From assembly GCF_009914755.1 (NCBI RefSeq), contig NC_060927.1: a stretch of 64,000 bases of DNA; one strand, 5' to 3'. Positions within the stretch are counted from its first letter, which is position 1. Each line of letters starts with the position of its first letter. The position numbers were made by a program, and so were the translations under genes. Shown in pieces: positions 13,894-25,942 of the stretch. The notes beneath the pieces are model-generated. The model searched no databases. It saw nothing but the letters and a program-made list of their open reading frames with translations, and was not told where the DNA came from. Source of the stretch: the human T2T-CHM13v2.0 reference genome, Homo sapiens.

Positions 13894-14547
13894 CCCCATT
13901 TCTAACTCTAACCTGACCCCTAACTTTCACTGTCCCACTAGTAATTAACATACCTCCACAAAATAACTAAATTTTTGGAGAAAATTTTATAAGTAGAAAA
14001 AACACTTGTCTGAAATTTTACCTTAAATATTGGGAATTTCAAGTGAAAAAACACAGACTTTTTTCAGGGATTGTCAAGAAGGCAAAACACCCTCAAAGAC
14101 CTCAAAACTTGAAGTTTTTTTCTAATAATTTCCTTTTACATTTTTATTTATTTTTAGGGGTTACAAGGAAATGAGATTTTAATTGGCATTAGGATAGAAT
14201 TTTAGACAGGGGAAAAGAATACATCATTTCTGCATTGCAGCAATCATACCTCCTGAATTATAACCTTACAAAATAATGCTCAGGGTGGGAGCTAGATGAG
14301 GAAGGCTGACAAAAAATTCATAAAATAGTGAGACTGGGACAGTAGCAAAAATTTGAAATCTGCTCAGAAATAAACAAATTGTGATATATCATATATGCTT
14401 TGTGAAAGAACCAAAGAGACCAATTAAAAAATAATAATAAGGGAGAATTTAAAAAGGACCTGGAGATCCACTGACAAGTGAGCAGCTGCAGATGCCTTCA
14501 GGACTTACTAAGTCTTCTTCATCTCCATTTTTGCTTTTTACCAATTA

Positions 14548-15043
14548 TGTATTTGTTTTCTATCCTGCACAACAAACTACTACAAAACCAGTGGCTTAAA
14601 ACAACTTCAATTTATTATTTCAGTTTGTATAAATTAGAGGTTTGGGTGCAGCTTGCCTGGGTCTCTGCTCAGGGTTTCACAAGGCAAGATCGAGGTGTCC
14701 TCTGGGTAGTGCTTTCCTATTAAGGCTTGACTTGGGAAGGATCTCCTTCCAAGCTCTCTCAGGTCATTAGCATAGTTTCTTTCCATGTGGCTATAGTATT
14801 CATAGGAGTTTTCTTCTTCAAGTGTATCAGGAGAATCTCTCACTCCAATCTGTTAAAATTATTATGGAAATGACACTACTATAACATATGCCATAATCTG
14901 TAACCTAATAAAGATGACTTCTCCATCACCTTTGTCATATTCCACTGTCTAGAAGCAAGTTCACAAACTCCACGACACTTTGAAGAGGAGTTTATACAAG
15001 GGTATTGGTCATTAGTGGTCATCTTAGAATTCTGACTGCCAGA
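14548..15043 (-). mobile_element. MLT1F/G-like MaLR solo LTR
   Basis: tgtatttgttttctat...cagtggcttaaaacaac...gggtctctgctcagggtttcacaagg...ccatcacctttgtcatattc...tagaagcaagt...catcttagaattctgactgccaga. Confidence 0.85.
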
Positions 15044-15111
15044 AAAGTAGTTACTGTAAAAAGGAAAAGTCTTTATGACCATCCTTAAGAGGCAAGAGAA
15101 TTAATTTCATA

Positions 15112-15512
15112 TGACAAGGTTATGAGTTTGCGTCCCCACCAAAATTTATATGTTGAAGTCCTAATCCCTTATGCCTTAGAATGTTATTATATCTAGAGAT
15201 ATTTAATGAGGTCATTAAGTTGGCATAATATCATTAATCCAATGATTAATTAGATTAATTTGACTTGTCATGAATCCAATAGGACCTTATAAGAAGAGGA
15301 AATGTGGACATAATACACAAAAGAAAGATTATGTAAAGACAGTGAGAAGACTGCTGTCTACAAGCCAAGGAAACATGCTTCAGAAGAATCCACTGCTTCC
15401 AAGAGCTTAATCTCAGGCTAATGGACTCCAGAATTATGATAAAATAAAATTCTGTAGTCTACACCAACCAGTCTGTGGTACTTTGTTGTGACAGCCTTAG
15501 AAAACTAATACA
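15112..15512 (+). mobile_element. MLT1B MaLR solo LTR
   Basis: tatatgttgaagtcctaatccc...ccttataagaagaggaaat...tctacaagccaagga...cagtctgtggtactttgtt...aaactaataca. Confidence 0.85.
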
Positions 15513-15744
15513 GCCAGTTTCCAATGCACTGATCTTTACAATTTTTTTTAGGAAGCCAGTTTTCCATGGTAATAAAGTCATGGTTCATGTGGGCCAAAAA
15601 GGAAGCATAAACAACCTCTTTATTGGATGTGATTCGTTGTTCTCTTTCTCCCTCTTTTTCAATTTTCTCTTAGATGGAAAGATTAAAATATTTAATAATA
15701 TAAAATTTTAGTGAGAGTTTGGAGAAAACTATACTTTTAGACTC

Positions 15745-16035
<291 letters not shown>

Positions 16036-16041
16036 TAGGAC

Positions 16042-16395
16042 TGTATTAGTTCATTCTCAGACTGCTATAAAGAACTGCCCCAAACTGGGTAATTTTAAAG
16101 AAAATAGGTTTAATTGACTCATAGTTCTACATGGCTGGGGAGGCCTCAGGAAACTTACAATCATGGCAGAAGGGGATGCAGGTTTGTCTTACATGGCAGC
16201 TGGAGAGAGAGAGAGGGGAGAGTGAAGGGGGACGAGCCCCTTCTAGAACATCAGATCTCTTGAGAACTTAACTCGTTATTATGAGAACAGCATGAGGGAA
16301 ACCATCTCCATGATCCAATCACCTCCTTCCCTTGACACATGGAGATTACAATTTAAGCTGAGATTTGGGTGGGGACACAGAGCCAAACCATATCA
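16042..16395 (-). mobile_element. THE1 (MaLR) solo LTR
   Basis: tgtattagttcattctc...ggctggggaggcctcaggaaacttacaatcatggcagaagg...ggggacacagagccaaaccatatca; perfect TSD aggac (16037-16041 / 16396-16400). Confidence 0.95.
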
Positions 16396-16444
16396 AGGAC
16401 AAATATGCAAAATTATCATTGAAAATGGCATGACTTGACCCATT

Positions 16445-17025
16445 AATGATTCACTTTATACTTATTGAGTGCTTAAATTATTAAGCTGTTTTTGGTGCTT
16501 GGGATCCATCAGTAAAAAATACAGACAAAAATTCTGCCATAATAGATCTTATAATCTAGTGGTAGAAGACAGAGAAAAATGTTTTAAAAATGAGTAAATT
16601 ATAAATTATGTGTTTATAATGAGTTCTGTGTAAAAACTTGTTTAAATAAAAAAGAATAGGAGAATGAATCAGGAGTGCGAACTACAGTGTTGGAAATTTT
16701 TAATGAAGTTAGTAAGGGTAACACTAAAAATTTAGTGCTTTGGAATAGACTCACAGAGGAAAGAAAGTAGGGAGAGAAAGTAACCTTCCACAATTTGCAG
16801 GGAAACAGATTCTTGGCATAAAAAAAGAGATAATATATAGGTTTTGTGGCCTGGCATCCTTAAGAAAAAGCAAGAAAGCACCTATGAAGAAAGCAGAGAG
16901 AATGAAGAGGAGATTAATAGAAAATGAATTTATACAGGTAAAAGCAGGACAGATTACATAGGGCTTTTGGAAAAGCTATGGCTTTTATTCAGAGTAAGAT
17001 ATCTTAATTTGGAAGATGTTGAGCA
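16445..17025 (-). mobile_element. L2 3' fragment
   Basis: cttattgagtgct...tgcttgggatccatcagtaaaaaatacagacaaaaattctgcc...tctagtggtagaagacaga and later ggcttttattcagagtaagat match the reverse L2 3' end. Confidence 0.7.
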
Positions 17026-17049
17026 AAATGAGTCAATTTTGAGTCAATG

Positions 17050-17776
17050 GTCTTCTTGACACTGACCTGAGCAGTGATTATTTTTTTGGTTATGAATTTG
17101 AAAGCACAGACGACAATAGACAGCAATAGACATGTGGTATTACATCAAATTTAAAAGCTTCTGGACAGCTAAGTTAACATTGAACAGAGCGGGGAGACAA
17201 TGTACAGAATGGGAGAAAATATTTACAAAACATATATCTTATAAGGGGTTGACGTTAATAATATATAAAACATTCAAACAACTCAGTAGCAAGAAAACAA
17301 ATAACGTGATTTTAAAAAATGGGCAAAATTCCTTAATAGACATTTCTCAAAAGAAGACATAGCAATGGCCAACAGAGGTATAAAAATAATGTCCATTATC
17401 ACTAGCAATCTAAGAAATGCTGATTAAAGGCATAATGGGATATCACCTCACAGCTGTTAAAATGGCTACAATTAAAAAGATACATGAGATGTTTTGGTGA
17501 GTATGTGGAGAAAAGGAAACTCTTGCACACTGTAGGTGGGAATGTAAATTAGTACAGTCATTATGTAAAACAGTGTTGAGTTTCCTCAAAAATTAAAAGT
17601 AGAACTGCTGCCATATGATACAGCAATCCCACTACTGAGTATATATACTAAGAAAATGAAATCAGTATCTTGAAGACATATTGGCACTCCAGTGTTAATT
17701 GTAGCATTATTCATAATCACCAAGATATGTAATTGACTTAAATATTCATCAATGCAAGCATGAATAAAGAAAATGT

Positions 17777-17823
<47 letters not shown>

Positions 17824-18309
17824 TCTTGGAACATGATTGGAAGGAAATCCTATCATATGCAACAACATCAATGATTCTGGAACACATTATATTATGTTAA
17901 ACCAAGGACATAAAGACAAAGACTACATGCTCTCACTTACATGTGGAATCTGCAAAAGTTGGACTCATTTAAATAGAGAACAGAATGGGGATTACCAGTC
18001 ACTGGGCTTGGGGATTTGGAAAGATTCAACAAAGATACAACATTTCATTTAGACAATGGGGTTAAGTTTAAGAGATCTACTGTGCAACATGGTGACCATA
18101 GTTAGTAACAATGTATTGTATTTAAAAAATCACTAAGAGTAGATTTTAGGTGTTCCTATCATAAAAAAAAATGATGATATGAAGTAATGCATCTTAATTA
18201 TCTCTATTTGACCATTCCACAATGTCTACGTATTTCAAAACATCATGTTGAACATTATCAATATATAACATTTTTCTTTGTCAATTGAAAAAATAGAAAA
18301 AAAGAAAAA
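17050..18309 (+). mobile_element. 5'-truncated L1MA (ORF2 C-terminus plus 3'UTR)
   Basis: ORF 17132-17362 (YIKFKSFWTAK...QCTEWEKIF) is ORF2-like; L1MA 3'UTR and A-rich tail. Confidence 0.9.
17779..17820. repeat. (TA)21 perfect microsatellite inside L1MA
   Basis: 42 bp of uninterrupted TA. Confidence 0.97.
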
Positions 18310-19103
18310 CTGTACAATGGAGGAAAGTTTTTTTATATCTTTTATTTTTTTTTACTTTTATATATTATCATGTATACATTTACTATTAATATTTTTCATA
18401 TGTACATTTTCTAAAAGTACAAATAAATTACATATATTTATCCCCTAGTATGAAGATCCTTGAACTTAATTCACACACACACACAGACTCATGATGGCAA
18501 CCAGGTGAATAAGATTATACTAACAATGAGTATTGATTTCAGTGAATAAAGGTAGCACATTTTATTTCAGCTTATGAAAAATAGCATCACAATAAATAAA
18601 GATGTTGCTTTGTTAATGCTGGAAAATGCAATATGAAAAGAACAATCTGAAGCAAAAGTGAAACAAAATCTATCAGTGTTTTGTTTTGCTTTTTTATAAT
18701 GTAAGGAAACCGTTGTGTTACTACATGCAATAAATAAAGTACATCTTTTGATTTCAGTTGTGCAATGGATATCCATCAGCTATCTAAAGTAAAATTCTGA
18801 GAAAAATAAAGCTTGTAATAGAAATTTTCTTTTATGAGGTGCTGCTGCTTTTGCAACAATTTTTTTTTTCTAGGCTAACTCTTTCTTATCTATCAGTTCC
18901 AGACTTATGACTTCTTATTTCAATCTGGCAGCCAGCACTTGTCTTCCCTTCTGTTTCCAACCTACTGTCTCTTTTCCCCCAAATAGGTTTCCCGTAAAGT
19001 TCTTGATGTAATATTTTGCCCTAGGCTTACGATGTTCTCATTTCTGAGGGATTTCATAGAAAATCATAGTTGCTGTTCCTCTGTTTTTGTTTTACTTTTC
19101 TTT

Positions 19104-20695
19104 CTTTTTTTTATTATACTTTAAGTTCTAGGGTACATGTGCACAACATGCAGGTTTGTTACATATGTATACATGTGCCATGTTGGTGTAGGAAGAATCA
19201 ATATCATGAAAATGATATTGTAGGTAATTTATAGATTCAATGCCATCCCCATCTAGCTACCGATGACTTTCTTCACAGAATTGGAAAAAACTACTTTGAA
19301 GTTCATATGGAACCAAAAAAGAGCCTGCATTGCCAAGACAATAAGCCAAAAGAACAAAGCTGGAGGCATCATGCTACGTGACTTTAAACTATACTACAAG
19401 GCGACAGTAACCAAAACAGCATGGTACTGGTACCAAAACAGAGATACAGACCAATGGAACAGAACAGAGCCCTTAGAAATAATACCACACGTCTACAACC
19501 ATCTGACCTTTGACAAACCTGACAAAAACAAGAAATGGGGAAAGGATTCCCTATTTAATAAATGGTGCTGGGAAAACTGGCTAGCCATATGTAGAAAGCT
19601 GAAACTGGATCCCTTCCTTACATCTTATACAAAAATTAATTCAAGATGGATTAAAGACTTAAATGTTGGACCTAAAACCATAAAAACCCTAGAAGAACAC
19701 CTAGGCAATACCATTCAGGACATAGGCATGGGCAAGGACTTCATGTCTAAAACACCAAAAGCAATGGCAACAAAAGCCAAATTGACAAATGGGATCTAAT
19801 TAAACTCAACGGTTTCTGCACAGCAAAAGAAACTACCATCAGAGTGAACAGGCAACCTACAAAATGGGAGAAAGTTTTCGCAACCTACTCATCCGACAAA
19901 GGGCTAATATCCAGAATCTACAAAGAACTCAAACAAATTTAAAGAAAAAAACAAACAACCCCATCAAAAAGTGGGCAAAGGATATGAACAGACACTTCTC
20001 AAAAGAAGACATTTATGCAGCCAACAGACACAGACAACAGATGAAAAAATGCTCATCATCACTGGTCATCAGAGAAATGCAAATCAAAACCACAGTGAGA
20101 TATCATCTCACACCAGTTAGAATAGCGATCATTAAAAAGTCAGGAAACAACAGGTGCTGGAGAGGATGTGGAGAAATAGGAACACTTTTACACTGTTGGT
20201 GGGACTGTAAACTAGTTCAACCATTGTGGAAGACAGTGTGGCAATTCCTCAGGGATCTAGAACTAGAAATACCATTTGACCCAGCCATCCCATTACTGGG
20301 TATATATCCAAAGGATTATAAATCATGCTGCTATAAAGGCACATGCACACGTATGTTTATTGTGGCACTATTCACAATAGCAAAGACTTGGAACCAACCC
20401 AAATGTCCAACAATGATAGACTGGATTAAGAAAATGTGGCACATATACACCATGGAATACTATGCAGCCATAAAAAATGATGAATTCATGTCATTTGTAG
20501 GGATATGGATGAAGCTGGAAACCATCATTCTCAGCAAACTATTGCAAGAACAAAAAACCAAACACCACATGTTGTCACTCATAGGTGAGAATTGAACAAT
20601 GAGAACACATGGACACAGGAAGGGGAACATCACATACCGGGGCCTGTTGCGGGGTGCAGGAAGGTGGGAGGGAAAGCATTAGGAGATATACCTAA
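19104..20695 (-). mobile_element. L1PA4/5-like insertion with 5' inversion: tail and last ~85 nt on minus (19104-19188), inverted ORF2-C-terminal/3'UTR block on plus (19189-20695)
   Basis: Perfect 16-bp TSD tgttttacttttcttt (19088-19103 / 20696-20711); ORFs 19263-19799 and 19864-20595 are ORF2 C-terminal pieces, including the Cys-rich CWRGC..HCWWDC motif. Confidence 0.95.
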
Positions 20696-20777
20696 TGTTT
20701 TACTTTTCTTTACATTTCTATTATTGATTTAGAACTGTTTAAATTTTTGTGAGATCTTATGGTTTGCTTAGCATATT

Positions 20778-21416
20778 TGTAAATCAAAGAAAATGACCTT
20801 GGCAAGTCTTAAATCATTTTAGGAGGTTTTCTTACTAAAGTTAAGGATGTGTGCCCAGGAGATAGGTCTCTGCCTTTCTCCAAAGATGATTTTTAGGACT
20901 TCCATATTTAAAGAGGAAAGGGTGGATATTGGGAGAAAATAAGTATTTTTTAAAAATGTTTCAGTAGGTAAAAAGACAAAACTTTGCATGCTTTGTAGTC
21001 TTTGATCAGCTTTTCACTGAATATACAATTTTCATGTGGGAGGTGGGTAGAGGAAGTGTCACTCATGCCTTTGTCTGGCTCAGTGAATCTGAAGTTTTCA
21101 TAGGGTAGTGCAGACAATGGGGCAGAGAAAGCCATCAGGTATGCATTTGTCTCAGGTGAGCAGACGGATGACTGAGTTTTGTCCTGTGCCCCACACCTGT
21201 GAAGATAAGCTATCTATTTATGTTTCCAGGGTGAAATTCAAAGGAACTGTTTTAGGGTAATAGATCTAAATGTTAGGAAGGCATGTAGCTTTTTATCTTT
21301 ATATCTATCTTATTTAGGAACTAAGTGGGAGTCAGGTTTGCATGACCCAGTTCCCAGCTTGACTTTTCTCTTTGGCTTACTGAGTTTGGGGTTCTGAGAT
21401 TTATTTTCCTTTCACA
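20778..21416 (-). mobile_element. MER4-family (ERV1) solo LTR
   Basis: Minus strand starts tgtgaaaggaaaataaatctcagaaccccaaactcagtaagccaaagagaaaagtcaagctgggaactgggtca and ends tttaca. Confidence 0.88.
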
Positions 21417-21760
21417 TTTCAATCAAACTGATTGTGGTCATTCTTTCAACAACAATTTTTTAAGACTATGAAGGGGAAAAAAACCCAGCACTGATATTTT
21501 AATATGATCAACTGGACCTGTGTATTAGTATGCTGAGGATGCTGTAACAAAGTACTACAGATCGGGTGGCTTAAACAATAGAAATTTATTTTCTCACTGT
21601 TCTGGATGCTAGAAGTTGGATCCCTCTGAGGGCCATGAGGCATGTGTCTATTTCAGGTCTCTACCCCTGATTTATGGATAGCTGTCTTCTCTCTCTCTGT
21701 GTCCTCACAATGTCTTGGCCCTGTATGTATCTGCGTCAAAATTTTCTCTTCTTAAGAGGA

Positions 21761-22464
21761 CGTATTAGTTTGTTCTTGCATTGCTATAAAGAACTGCTTG
21801 AGACTGGGTAATTCATGAAGAAAAGACGATTAATTGGCTCACGGTTCCAGAGGCTGCATGGGGAGCACAGCTGGGGAGGTGTCAGGAAACTTACAATCAT
21901 GGTGGAAGGCGAAGGGTAAGAAGGTACCTCCTACATGTCTGGAGCAGGAGGAAGAAAGAAAAGGTGGAGGTGCTACATGCTTTTAAACAACCAGGTCTCA
22001 TGAGAACTCACTCACTATCATGAGAAAAGCAAGGGGGAAGTCCAGTCCCATCATCCAATCACTGCCCACCAGGCCCCTCCTCCAACACTGGGGATTATAC
22101 TTTTTTATTGTTATAATTTTTTAATTTTATTTTGAGAAAGAATCTTACTCTGTCACCCAGGCTAAAGTGCAATGTCATGATATTGGCTCACTGCAGCCTC
22201 CAACTCCCAGGTTCAAGAGGTAATTCTGCCTCAGCCTCCAGAGTAGCTGGGATTACAGGTACTCACCACCATGCCAGGCTAATTTTTGTATTTTTAGTAG
22301 AGCCAGTGTTTCACAATGCTGGCCAGGCTGCTCTCAAACTACTGGCCTCAAGCAATCCACCTGCCTCAGCCTCCCAAAGTGCTGGGATTACAGGTGTGAG
22401 CCATTGCACCCAGCCTATAATTTGATATAAGATTTGGGTGAGGACACAAATCCAAACCATATCA
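21761..22464 (-). mobile_element. MSTA-like MaLR LTR nested in MLT1B, itself split by an Alu
   Basis: gtattagtttgttcttgcattgctataaag...taattggctcacggttc...caggcccctcctccaacactggggatta...caaatccaaaccatatca; perfect TSD gagga (21756-21760 / 22465-22469). Confidence 0.92.
22104..22415 (-). mobile_element. Alu (AluJb/old S) nested in the MST LTR
   Basis: Reverse Alu; TSD tatacttt (22096-22103) / tataattt (22416-22423); source of ORF 22132-22425. Confidence 0.93.
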
Positions 22465-23227
22465 GAGGATAACAATCATATTGGATTAGAGTGCACTCTG
22501 ATGACATCAGTTTAAATTAATGACCTCTTTAAAGACCCTGTCTCCAAATGCAATCACATTCTGAGTTATGGGGATTAAGGCTTCAACATGTGAACATTTG
22601 GGTGGACACGATTGAACTCATAACACCTAGGTTATCCTTCAGTGTCAAATTTACTACCACAAAATAGAGATGACATTTAAAAGGGAAGGTTTGGAGTGAC
22701 CTAAGAAAAATTTAATCAAAGCCTGCAATGAAAAAAATACTTTAATCTGAGGATCAAGAATTGTGGTGCTCAGACACATTTTTGCAATGAAGCCATATTG
22801 TTAAGGCCTTGATTAATTAATTTAACAGTTTATATGTGCCATACACATGCTTACCTAACTTCAAAAATGATATCATCTCCTAGGATATTTGGTAGTTTTT
22901 GAAAGTCTTGTTCTTTAGGGTTCAGGTAAATAAATAATATACTATGTATGGTAGCAGCAGAGAATGCTGTTATCAAAGTGTGTTTTTTCTTCTCCTTTAA
23001 CCCACTCAAATTTTCATTTTATTTATTTTTTGATTCCCTCAGTTCAGATTCAATTTGTGCCAGCTTTCCTTTCCATAAAGGAGCCATCAATTTTGTCCAA
23101 GTATATATGCAATGCCCATCAATTCATTGATAATCTAACAAATTATCATTTTAAGGAGAGTTCACATTCTCCTGCAATCATAGATCTTTCTTCCATTATG
23201 CAGATAGTAGACACAGTGTAGATGAGT

Positions 23228-23731
23228 TGTATTAGCTTCCTATCGCTGCTATAACAAATTTTCACAAGCTTCGTGAATCAAAATCACAAAAATTTGTTTT
23301 CTTACCGTTCTGGAAGTCAGCAGTCCAAAATGTACCTCACTGGGCTAAATTATTTGCTCAAAATCAGGGTGGGCTAAAATCAGGGTGTCAGCAGGACTGT
23401 TTTTCCAGTAATACGTAGCAGATAATCCACGTCTTTGACTTTCCAGCTCCTAGAGACTTCCTGGTTCTCATTTCCTCTTCAAATCCAGCAATGGTTGGGT
23501 CTTTTTCATGCTGCATCACTCTCACTTTGTTTCTTCCCTGCCTCTTGGGATACAATGAGCCAACACAGATAATCCAGGATCATCTCTCAATCTCAAGGTC
23601 ACCTTAGAAATCTTAATTCCATTTGCACTCTTAATTTTTTCTTACCATGTAACATAACATATTCAACAGTTCTTAGGATTAGAATATGGGCATATTTGCC
23701 AGTAAAAGGAGGGGTTATTCTGCCTACCACA
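23228..23731 (-). mobile_element. MLT1D-like MaLR solo LTR
   Basis: tgtattagcttcctatcgctgctataacaaatt...ttctggaagtcag...ataatccaggatcatctc...ccatgtaacataacatattca...ttattctgcctaccaca. Confidence 0.9.
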
Positions 23732-25389
23732 GGCTGCAATCCAAGGACTGTCTGAACACGGATTCTAAATGGGGACATGCTAAATCCAGTAAGTAAAGAC
23801 TAAGTACTTAATAATTGAATGTGATTATATCATTACCATTCTTGTTGTCTTTATCATTATTATATGGAGGTGAACAGTACTAGTTAGCAGAGATTTGACA
23901 AAGTGGTCATAATTTGATGAAGCGGTCAGAATGAAGTCATCATCATCATGACTAGTCTGGCCACATGGCTGTGTAAAGTAGGGGAAACAGCATTTGGATA
24001 GCTTGTAAGAAATCAAAGACTGTGCATTTTTGAGCAAATATTTTCCAGCAGACAAATATGTAGAACAGTAAATACAAGCAGTATCTGCAAAGAGCAACTA
24101 CTAAATATAGGAAAGTTTTTCCATGAAGAAGTATAAAAGGTCCCTTCACAGATGCCACAGCAAAGCTGATAAAGGCAGAAAGTGCATCAGCAGACTCAAT
24201 TTCATTACTCAGAATGGTATTTTCTACCAATCCAGACACAGACTTCAGAGTTTAATATTCAGCAATACTGGGTGACTGGTGGCTGCCAATCAGGTCTTGG
24301 CCCTAATGCCCACAGGGTGACTAAGGAGAACCTGAGGCACAACTTTCTCTCAATTCGGTGTTCACCTACAAACCCAAACTGCTGCATTTATCCATGTGAC
24401 ATAGTTCTGGGCTTGTGCCAGCTTTATCACCATCATGAACACCTGCCTATTAATGGAGTCTTGCCACAAATGAATTGATCCTTCAGAGAATAACTGCCAA
24501 GAAGGCATCTATAAGCATAGAATTCAATCGATGACATATTTTAGATTGGTTTACCAAAAAAAAAATCCTATAGTTTGCTTTATTCATTCTTCTTTCAAGA
24601 TATGGGCACCAGATTGGAAGTCTTATTAATTTTTATTTTTTAAAGAACCACTGTAATCTCTAATGTAATATATTTTTAAATTTACCAAATTATTTTTATA
24701 GTAGACTATGGAAAGTTTAAAATATCTATACAAATAAAAGTGTAAAACCAATAAATTGCAAGGACTGTTAAAAGTTATAAAAAACAAGTAAAGTGAAACT
24801 TTCTCACAGCACTTCTAAAACACTCTTTTTATCCTAACAGTTGGTGAATTGTTGCTTATGCAAACAATCTACAGAAAAAAAATTCTATTTTTTGCTTGAA
24901 AAGTGTTAGAAATTCTAGTCTGAAAAGGTGCTTGTCATGAAGTTATATACAAATGAAAATATGAGCTAAGAATAGCAGTACCATCTGAACCATAATTATA
25001 GTTCAGTGTTATAATCAAAATCTACAGGAAATTTCTAGAAATAATTATTTTTTAAGAAGTGAAAACTAATTTAATACTTCAAAACTAGCCTAACTCTTAC
25101 GGAATATTAATGCCAACACTTTTAACTTTTTGTAATATTGTTTTATTTTAGGTTTACGAGCAAGAGTTGAGCCAAACTGAACAACAGTTTATAGGAATAT
25201 CTGAATTCCAAATACAAAGTTACATTTGAAGTCATATGAAATGTTTAAAATTTTAAACTTGTAACTTGTGTAGCTGACGAAACTTCTATTTTATAGATGG
25301 AAAACTTATGGTGATATATTAAGGTTTGAATTCTTTATCACTAACTAAATATCTACCTGGTGAATAATTACCATCAACAATAACAACAT

Positions 25390-25560
25390 TAATAATGGCT
25401 GTCATTTATTAAAAATATATTAAATATATACATTTCAGAACCTTTACTTGGTACTTAAAATATAATGCCTAATTAAAACCTCAAAATAATTGCATGAAGT
25501 AGTTTGTTCTGAAAATTAAGAAACAAGTTTACAAAGATTAAAAATTGATTAACTTTATTT
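25390..25560 (-). mobile_element. MIR fragment
   Basis: taataatggctgtcatttatt...taaaacctcaaaataattgcatgaagtag...aagaaacaagtttacaaagattaa resembles reverse MIR. Confidence 0.5.
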
Positions 25561-25942
25561 AATCTTGATCTTCTGAAAATATTATCTGGGAACTTTATGT
25601 TTATTTATATACAGTTTTCGAAAAGTTTTTCTTATGTCTGAGAGTCATGGCATGAAGCAAACATCAAAAAGTTGGCCTTAGGTGGCTATGTCTTTAAAGA
25701 AGAAAATTAAAAGCCTCAACTAAACATAACTTTTGCAATATCTTGAGTTTGCCATTTTTTCCTGAAAGGGTGACACGTGGGTAGTCTTTAGCAACTTAAA
25801 GCCTCAACTCATGCAGAATTACATACTTTTTCTCCTAGGCAAAAAAAAAAAACATTCAAATTAGTAACATCGCACCTTTCAATTTTCAATTTAAATCAAT
25901 ATTCCATTAATTTTTAAAACATTTAACTAATCATATAAAATG

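Larger units (their letters stand above)
21521..22625 (-). mobile_element. MLT1B-like solo LTR split by a nested MST LTR (host parts 21521-21760 and 22470-22625)
   Basis: tgtattagt...gggtggcttaaacaatagaaatttatt...; resumes catattggattag...aaagaccctgtctccaaat...cataaca. Confidence 0.9.

Noticed and set aside
13902-13926. Telomere-like ctaact/ctaacc/tgaccc units
   Set aside because: Only about four degenerate units; too short to call an interstitial telomeric sequence
19864-20595. 243-aa ORF as an independent gene
   Set aside because: It is the L1 ORF2 C-terminal region inside the inverted L1, with a frameshifted N-terminus and no promoter
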